From Octopus vulgaris (Eukaryota): 64,000 nucleotides of DNA. The stretch spans positions 169,508,001 to 169,572,000 of the forward strand of contig OX597815.1 in the NCBI GenBank assembly GCA_951406725.2, given 5' to 3'. Numbering within the stretch: position 1 is the stretch's first letter; each line of letters begins with the position of its first letter. Shown here piece after piece: positions 55,240-64,000 of this stretch. The notes under the pieces are model-generated. The model was not told the origin of the DNA. It was given only the letters and a program-made list of their open reading frames with translations, and made no database searches. Made by a program: the position numbers and the translations under genes.

Positions 55240-55640
55240 TGAATCAGTGCGGCGGATGAGCTACAGGGATAGGCTGAGAAGTCTACAACTTTACTCCCTG
55301 AAGCAAAAACGTGAGAGATATGCAATAGTATACATATGGAAAATCCGAGATGGGTCAGTACCCAACTTCGGCATTGAGTGTTATACAAATGCCAGAACTG
55401 GCCACCATTCTATTGTACCGAAGATACCACCCATTCCATCTAAATTCAGGACCAGGTACTGTAATAGTCTAGGGTTCAAAGGCCTACAGCTCTTCAATGT
55501 TCTGCCACAAAAATCTGCATAAGGTGGAAGTAGATGTCTCCACAATACCAGATGAACCAACAGCCCGATATTAGGTGTAGGCGAGGGCAGCGGAAACAAA
55601 CTCTCTTATACACCAAATAGGCCAACAGCTGGGACAAAGG
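55240..55640 (+). mobile_element. CR1-group LINE ORF2 C-terminal relic
   Basis: MSYRDRLRSLQLYSLKQKRERYAIVYIWKI...GLQLFNVLP fits the Y..RL..L.L.SL..RR motif downstream of the CR1/L2-group RT. Confidence 0.75.
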
Positions 55641-55743
55641 CACATACAGGAGTGGTGATGTGAAACACACCCTAGACTGAGGAAATCAGAAACACCATGG
55701 TGGTGTTCTAGTGAAACGTGTAAAAGTGTAAAGGACACACACA

Positions 55744-55793
<50 letters not shown>

Positions 55794-55799
55794 CATATT

Positions 55800-55833
<34 letters not shown>

Positions 55834-56050
55834 TGTATAATATATATATATATAGCCGGTGTCTATTCAAAGCAATGAATAGCTTATGACGAAACCATGG
55901 TATGCTTTGCTTTCTGACTTTTTAATTATCTCATAATAATTTCTTTTATGACTTTTATTACTACCTCAGTCCATCTTAATGTATACATCTGTCGTTACCT
56001 TTCATAAAAAGCCTTTTCTTATTTTATATTTTCTTTTTGTAACATATTTC

Positions 56051-56096
<46 letters not shown>

Positions 56097-56098
<2 letters not shown>

Positions 56099-56282
56099 AC
56101 GCCATGATAGATCGTTAGCTCCTACACGCATTTTTTTCTCTCCTTGTTTTTTTCTGTCGAAGAGCGTAGGCTCGAAATGTAAAAGACTTTTTCTATTTCT
56201 ATTCCTGAGCGCTATACTAATACAATAGTTTGTTTGTACTCCACCTGCCTTCGTTTTTTGTTTATTTTCGTAAACCTTCCCG

Positions 56283-56284
<2 letters not shown>
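56097..56284 (+). mobile_element. Related short Penelope-like repeat between (TA)n tracts
   Basis: ttt CTGTCGA a gagc gtag gctc GAAAT GTA aaa; a relative lies on the minus strand at 1-180. Confidence 0.5.
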
Positions 56285-56348
<64 letters not shown>

Positions 56349-57109
56349 TATATAATCTTTATCTTGGTTTAATTAATGTGCGTGGTGATTGTAAATATCG
56401 TGCTTATTTATAAGGTTTCGGTGTTTGAAAGTTGATAGTTTCAAATAACACGTTCGGAACTTGAAACAATCATCAGATTGATAGAAAGATAAAAAGAAGG
56501 AACAGATTTAATATAGTGATATGCTGACTGTATATCTCACGTCAAGGAGTCTATATTGACATGAAAAAGGAAACAGCGAGGAAACAAGTGTATTTCTGAC
56601 AACACACAGAATTAAAATCACAGAGAATAATTTTGGTTGAATTATCTAGCAAACCACGTGGCAGATTGTTTAGCAAACGGAGGAGTTATGTAGCTGTTGG
56701 AGGAGAGATGGTCGAAGTATCATTTCAATAATTTGCCAAAATTAGTTTTGTATCAAGTGAAATCAATATTTTTGGAGCGAAAATAACTGCGAAAGACTAG
56801 ATATAATACTTCAGACAAGATATATGCGACATAATATATTCTTTGCTGTTAAAAGATTGATGTTGAAATACTACATATTTGCTACCAGTTAAAGTTGACA
56901 AAATAACATGAAGGTAGACGAAATGACAGGGCACCGGATAACTAACAGAGAAGCTAGCAGTTTGGTTCTTGTTATTGGTGGGGCAATATTGTCTTCTGCT
57001 ATAGTCTCGGGCTAATCCAAGGCCTTGTAAGTGGATTTGGTTGACGGAAACTGAAAGAAGCCCGTCGTATATATATATATATATATTCTTTTATTCTTTT
57101 ACTTGTTTC

Positions 57110-57204
<95 letters not shown>

Positions 57205-57205
<1 letters not shown>

Positions 57206-57410
57206 GTTAATCCAAACAAGAAAGCACAAAAAACACAACAACGTAAGGACGTGGAACAAATATAGTATTATTGGACGCTCAGGAAAGAAGGAAAGAAGGA
57301 GGGTTTAACGTTTCGAGCGGAGCTCTTCGTCGGAAACATAGGAGATGGAAATATCCAGAGAAGAGAAGACAGGAAAAAAAAAGCGCCAACGGTACACACG
57401 CGGTCACATG
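57205..57410 (-). mobile_element. Short Penelope-like repeat with minimal hammerhead-like motif, nested in a SINE microsatellite
   Basis: Reverse complement of 57303-57337 is gttt CCGACGA a gagc tcc gctc GAAAC GTT aaac. Confidence 0.55.
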
Positions 57411-57544
57411 TGTGTGTGTGTATTTGTCCCCTCCACACTGCTTTACAACTGGTGTTGGTGTATTTATGTCCCTATAACTTAGCAGTTCGGCAAAAGAGAC
57501 CAACTGAATAACTTCTAGGCAGTCAAATAACTGAAACAAATAAT

Positions 57545-57762
57545 AATCCTTTCTACTGGAAGAACAAAGTCTCAAATTTGAGGGAAGGGATTAAGCCGAT
57601 TACATCGACCCCAGTACGTAACTGGTACTTAATTTATCGACCTCGAAAGGATGAAAGGCAAAGTCGACCTCAGCGGAATTTGAACTCAGAACGTAGCGAC
57701 GGGCGAAATACCGCTAAGGATTACGTCCAGTGTTCTAACGACTCTGACAGCTCGCCACCTTA
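57545..57762 (-). mobile_element. SINE family B
   Basis: Reverse complement of the family B consensus. Confidence 0.8.
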
Positions 57763-59311
57763 CTGTAACAAATAATAATAATAACAAAAAAAAAAAAAGA
57801 AAAGAAAATGGTAAGACGACTGTTGACAAAAGCTTTAAGTAGGTTTTGAAGCTTGTATTGTTTACTACCGTGCCTCGTGACGTCACGATAAAAACCGATG
57901 TGTATTTTGTTGAGTTGCAGTGTCGAACACAAGTTTCTCACGTGACGTATGCTATATGTGCAAATGGTTTCTTTTTGTAGTATAGGATCCACGAACGACT
58001 TATTGTACCGACAAAATCGGCTATATGTATCGTCACCATAATATATTCCACTCAAGTCTATTCTGATCAGTCGACAGAAGTTCATATATAACAAGCTAAA
58101 AGAATTGCATAAATTGCACTCGTGCGCCAATGGTATCTCTAAGCGTGTAATTTTGTGAAATTATACCCCTTTTTCATAGCAAGTTGCTAACTGCCGTTAA
58201 GACGTTGTTTTTTTTCTCTCCAACTAAATGATAAAGTTCAATTAACAGGAGAATCTTTTGCGCGAGTCGTTCAGTACACTAGTCATTATGATTAATTAAT
58301 GGTTATCTAACTTCGACTTTTCATTCAAAATTTTAGCTTCCTTCCTTCATTCTAAGACTTCATGGAAAAGAGAAATTATATTAATATACTCTTGGTGCTT
58401 CTCAGTTCAAGAAAATCCATTTTCCATTGTAACCTTGGTGTTTATTTCCTTCCCAACTTCTTTTTTATTACATCAGAGCACGATACTTCATAATTGCTAA
58501 TTAAAACAAAACAATATTCTTCGAGAAATGCATTAAACAACCAATAGTTTTTATCTTATTTATTTTTTCGTAATAGATATCATAAATTTGCATTTCGTCT
58601 TTAGTTATTAAATGTAAAAGCAATTCATAACAATTTAGGAATTCTTCACATAAAGAAATTGTTAAGGAACGGTCATTTTACTAATGGTTCCATTTTAAGG
58701 CAGCGAACTGGAAAAATCGTTAGCATTCCGCAAAAAATGCTTAGCGGCATTTCGTCCATCTTTATGTACCGAGTTCAAATTCCGCTGAGGTCTGCTTTGC
58801 TTTTCGTCCTTTGGGATCGATAAAATAAGTACCAGTCGAGCACAAGGGTCATTGTAATCGGCTACCCCCTTTTCTCAAAATTTCAAGCCTGGTGCCTTTA
58901 GCAGAAAGGATTATTAAAAAAAACAGTTTTACCCCTTTTCTTTAACTTATAGTACTGCCCCATATGTTTTCTCGTTATACAGTCAATTCTCCTTCGATGC
59001 GTAATGAGAGGGAGGGATAGGAACAGGAAGTTGATATGGTTATGTACTTAACCAAACAGCATTAATGACAAATAAAGAAAACGATTTCAATTCAAGAATG
59101 AAACTTGTTCTTTACTCTATATCTTTGCACAGGTGAAATTCTAACAAGTTGATATCTCTTTAAGAAAATCTGTCTGGTAACAGACACAATGACAATCTGT
59201 TTATTCATAATATATATTGCTGTCGAATCGACAAGAATTTATTCTGTTGTTAATAAGAGAGCTTTATTAAAGACCGAATCAACAATAGTTTTAAAATACA
59301 TCTTGCGGATG

Positions 59312-59740
59312 CTCTGGGATGCATCGTCAATGATGTTTCTGGCGCCTCAGAGAGTTTCAGGTCTTTCAACCTCAGACACACTCGCCCAGTTGACCCATTC
59401 GGGGTTGATCAAGTCCATCTTACATCCCAAATAGTAGAAAACCACTGGTCTACCCTCTTTATCCAAAGCCACCTAGTGGCCTTCTCTGCAGCTTCAGTGA
59501 TAGAATTTATAGCCTTTCTCTTTGCTGCACCAGTAACTCCAAACCCAAGCAGAGCTTTCAAGAATGGCCACTCCATAAAACTTTAACAGCCCACTTCTGT
59601 CACTTCAAAAACCTGCCTGCCAACACCGATTCCTGCACTACTCAACCAGCTCCTGGTATTTGGCAAGATTCCTCTTATGAGCTTCCTCCATGTGTTTCCT
59701 CCCAGGGCATAGTCAATTTCCACAGGATCACCTGTCTGCT
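59312..59740 (-). mobile_element. 3' end of an RLE-type non-LTR retrotransposon (HERO/R2-group-like)
   Basis: SRQVILWKLTMPWEE/HMEEAHKRNLAKYQELVE...EVGC...GVTGAAKRKAINSITEAAEKATRWLWIKR, plus a short 3' UTR bounded by gggat/atccc. Confidence 0.75.
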
Positions 59741-61529
59741 GATAGACATAATACGCCATCTATTTCTTCATAATATATACTGCTGTCAAATAGGCAAGAA
59801 TTTATTTTGTGTTAACGAAAGCTTTATTGAGGACCAAATCGACAATAAAGTATTACCGCTAGTTATTTGATCGATATCGAGTTAGCTTAACGCAAAGTCC
59901 ATCCCAGCAGCATTTTGAATTTTGAACCTAGACCTCGATTCTTACAACGAAATATTGCTAGGATTGACTATGTTGGATCCTAAAGCATAATATCGGTAAC
60001 TTCTTTTTTTTATAAAGGCCCACTGTTGCTTATTTCTTTTTCATAGTTGCCACGACTCACACGTATATTATATTAGATCTTACATTTAAAATTATGTTCT
60101 TAATTTATATTACTAGCAAAAATTAGGTAAATAATGACATGAAAGACTATCCAAAAACCACCAACAGCTCAATGGCTCACAAAGGCATTAAGTTTATCTT
60201 TTATCTTCTTTTCCTTTTACTTGTTTCTCATTTGCCGATTGCTGAGGATGTAGTAGGTGACACTTGTCTAAGGTACCACGCAGTGGACTGAACTCGGAAC
60301 CACGTAGTTGGGAAGTAAACTTCTTACCACGCAGCTATACTTGCGTCTAAATTTGAAAATATTCTTTAAAAAGTCTGAAACACTCGGAGAATACTTTCTG
60401 CCGACCTCTGTCATAGAGAGATGAAACCAATCCTTGCCATAAGACGATTGATTATTGTCTCCGAAGTTCCTGTCAATCTCTGGCCCTTTATATTTCGCCT
60501 CTAAATGACATAATTAACGAGAGATCATACTGGTTTTAAGAAGTCAAGAACCGTGTATTCGCCTAATAGTAAAACGAGTAAAGAGTCAGGGCAAAAATTA
60601 AAAAATACAAGTCGTAAAGAATTCGGTTAAGAAGAAATTGATGTAAGCAAAACTTGGCAGTTTATGATACTTAGATCGAATTCTCTCACAGGAAAATGAA
60701 TATGTGAACGAAATTGGATATCGACTTTGGCTTAATATTTGTTGGAAAGTTGAACACTACAGAACAAAAGGTAAGTAAATGGCGACTTGAAACATCGATA
60801 CTGTTACAATCCCCAATAGAAGCTACTTCACTTTATTTCCATCGTTAATGCTTTCACAAAACTCATGGACGCCACACTTTCCTTTCCACCTCCTATACCA
60901 TGTGGGATCTTAGAGTCTAGTAAAAAGGAAATCAATAATTATCGGAAGATTTGATGTTTTTTTAAAAAATATTTTTATGTTTCAAGGAAGTAGAAGTAGA
61001 ATCATGAATGTTCATATCTGTTTCAAGGATACTAACAGAGCAACTGAAGCGAAATAATTTCAGTTGTAAATCGAAAAGGTTTCCCCTAATGATATTGTTA
61101 GAAAGATTTCTCTTTTCTTTATGCCGTTTACATAGAAGACTTTATATTAAAGGACCTTTAAATGCAAAATATACCATTTTTGAAGGGAGGGAAACGGGAT
61201 ATGAAGACGGTTATGTGTTTTCCAAAGGCATTTGTCTCACAAATGGAAATTACTTAAAACCAACAACGAAACTTGTACATTACTCTACGGCGTATAGAGT
61301 AATTTTCTTTTAGTTGAGACACAAAGCAAACTGTTTTTGGGAACGGAAACTCGTAATTCTCATGCCTTTTGCAAATGATGTTAATGAAGTGAAATTGCAG
61401 AACTACTTAAACAGAGAATCGGAATTGGGTTGCAGTTTCGCTCCCCCAGTAATCTCTTGACCTGCGCTGCTTGATTACAAAACAAAAATATTGGACATGC
61501 TATATATTTGTAAAATTTGCTAAGTCGAC

Positions 61530-61923
61530 TTTACTCTTTACTCTTTTACTTGTTTCAGTCATATGACTGTGGCCATGCTGGAGCACCGCCTTTAGTCGAA
61601 CAAATCGACCTCAGGACTTATTCTTTGTAAGTCGAGCGCTTATTCTATCGGTGTCTTTCGCCGAACCACTAAGTTACGGGGATGTAAACACACCAGCATC
61701 GGTTGTCAAGTGATGTTGGGGGGACAAGCACAGACACACAAACACACAAAAATATATACAACGGACTTCTTTCAGTTTCCGTCTACTAAATCCACTCACA
61801 AGGCTTTGGTTGGCCCAAGGCTATAGCTGAAGACACTTGCCCAAGGTGCCACGCAGTAGGACTGAACCCGGAACCATGTGGTTGGTAAGCAAGCTACTTA
61901 CCACACAGCCACTCCTACGCCTA
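61530..61923 (-). mobile_element. SINE family A, full length
   Basis: As above. Confidence 0.85.
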
Positions 61924-61961
61924 CTTTAGAAACAATTTTTATCTGAAATATCATTGTAATG

Positions 61962-62250
61962 CAGTAGCTCCCGAACTTTTTCAGGCTGCCGTCTCCTTGG
62001 TACCCAGGTTACATTCCTAGCGCCCCCTCATCCTCACCACCACAAATATAGACCTCTTTCTGCAGCAAATTCAGAACAACTGTATTTCACAAGTAAAACT
62101 TAATCCTAATTAACTCATTAATATTTTTTTTAACATTTATCACCCCATTTTGGCCACCCTATTATCATCCCACTTTTCTTCAACGCCTGTCCCCATCGGA
62201 TCTTTCTACCGCCCTCAAGGGGGCAGTACTGCCCACTTTGGGAACCACTG
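61962..62250 (+). mobile_element. hAT MITE
   Basis: TIRs cagtagctcccgaac / tttgggaaccactg; 8-bp TSD ttgtaatg / ctgtaatg. Confidence 0.75.
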
Positions 62251-63085
62251 CTGTAATGAAACCAAGAAACATTGAACTGCAGTGTAAATTAATAATTGCA
62301 GTTGAATTAAATTAGCAAAAGAAAAAAAAATCTTCTCTTCATCTTAATGGCTTCTTGTTCACAAACTGTCACCCAAAGACATTCTTTCTTTTCATAAATT
62401 GTCAACCGAAGACGTCTGCTGAAAATATTTCAATTTTCTCTCTTTTTCCCTTCGAATCACGTTTCCGTTAAGCCGTAATTAACCAAACATTTTTAACCGA
62501 TAGCCGTCGTGGCTCCATCAACTTCTCCTATGTTTTCTCTCTACCCTACTCATTAAAAACATTAATAATGTTTAAAAAATCTGTATCACATACCCGATAA
62601 TTAAATACATTAACAAAATATTAACAAATAACTGCATAATTTATTTAAAAAAATCTAATTATTATTTTTTTTACTTCAATTAATTAAAATTGGTGAATTT
62701 GATCTAATGAGACTGACTCTTCAAAGTCTGGTGTATATAGTAGAACATTCAAGTTTTGATATCAGCCTAAGATATCATACTTATTCAGTAAATTCTCATC
62801 GCGATTGGTACATGTCCTCATTTCTCACGGGTATTTGACTCTCTCTCTCTCTCTCACTCACTCCACCAAAAAGAACACACTCTTAAATGGATCCGCGATA
62901 AATGAATAACAGAATAGATTAGGAAAATAGATTTCGTTCCCAAATCACAAGTTGTCTTGAGCATTGTGGACAGTCTCGAGGAGGGCGTCGATTTTGCAGT
63001 CCAAGCAGAAGCTCTAACTGATCGCCAAGTTGTGCTATCACGGATCAATTCGCGATAAACGTAACATGGTTCAGAATTAGCTTAC

Positions 63086-63090
63086 CACAT
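63086..63090 (-). CDS. GARNL3: Probable first coding exon (ATG TG) of GARNL3-like gene
   Basis: Minus strand reads gagataATGTG|gtaagc: A at -3, in-frame TGA four codons upstream, strong donor, phase 2. This matches the phase needed by the 48660 exon and gives MCSPASDL..., resembling the vertebrate ...CSSSVSEDL (from memory). Confidence 0.55.
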
Positions 63091-63332
63091 TATCTCAGAT
63101 CAGTGTTGAATAAATCAGTGATAAACGAGAATAGGTGTATATGAAATGTATCGTAACAACACGTCAATAAGATATAACGATCCGTATCACATCGTCATTT
63201 AAGAACTTAAAAATCTAGTGCATCAAAGAAACTCGTTTGATATTGACCTACTGTTGCAAAAGTACGTTAGTACTCAACATGTAAGTTATAAAGGATCTGA
63301 AAAGGTGCAAAACAAAGTTTTGGTGTATGTTT

Positions 63333-63373
<41 letters not shown>

Positions 63374-64000
63374 TATTTAAATGAACTAGCTGTGAGAGAA
63401 TAGCTGTTCTTGTCTTATTGAAAGGATAGAATACTATATTCAAATCTGGAAGGACGTGAACTGATAAATATGCGGCATCAAACTTAATGCAATGACATGT
63501 TTAGACGGTATTTGAGTCAACACTGACCTTCTATTCTAATATTGTTGATTTCTCCACTTGTAAACTACACATTTACACCGAAGAAAAAGACTTCACTTGA
63601 AACGTACCGTAATTAATGGTATATAAAACCTACTTTTTTAAATTCCATTCAAAAATGTCTCAAAAAATCGCTCCAGTTCCTATGTGCAAAGTTAGGCTCA
63701 TATTACTTTAAATGCACTAAAAACATCTTTTTCGTTCGAATATGCACTGCTGAAATTGGGGTGCGTCTAACACACCCAGGCATATTTTATACCCTCAAAA
63801 TACAGTAACTTCATATAGATTTGTCTCAAACTTCAACGAGTTCGCACATCCCGTTAGAAATAAGCAACCTAATTTTCATTCCACCACACCGTATCACCTT
63901 GAATAGGAAAGGGGGCTTTGGACCACACAACGGTTCAGGCCTCAAATACATTTGATGATAGAACTGGTCTGCTCAATTGGGACTGACCTGGTGTAAAGCA

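Overview
AT-rich, microsatellite- and SINE-dense animal genomic DNA; the repeat landscape looks like a coleoid cephalopod, most likely Octopus (inferred, not database-checked). Almost the whole window is intron of one minus-strand gene recognisable as GARNL3 (Rap-GAP family). Its N-terminal exons are 63090-63086 (probable start), 48660-48591 and 7032-6952, giving MCSPASDLAARRGVFSRRHYGSVEL|LTSCDAEGSNQSVGRFRVETGERDTDE; the gene continues past the left edge. The introns hold several tRNA-derived SINE families, RTE/CR1/HERO-like LINE relics, Tigger, maT (DD37D) and piggyBac-like relics, hAT and Merlin-like MITEs and non-autonomous Helitrons. The most striking feature is a near-perfect 4.1-copy tandem array of a non-coding 534-bp unit (24602-26788). 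Each unit carries a complete type I hammerhead ribozyme (CUGAAGA / 49-nt stem II / GAAA / palindromic stem III / GUC), so it looks like a young retrozyme or Penelope-like element predicted to release 534-nt, possibly circular, RNAs. Several other short repeats carry minimal or decayed hammerhead motifs, one behind a tRNA-like Pol III head. Nearly all ORFs in the supplied track are microsatellite or repeat artefacts.
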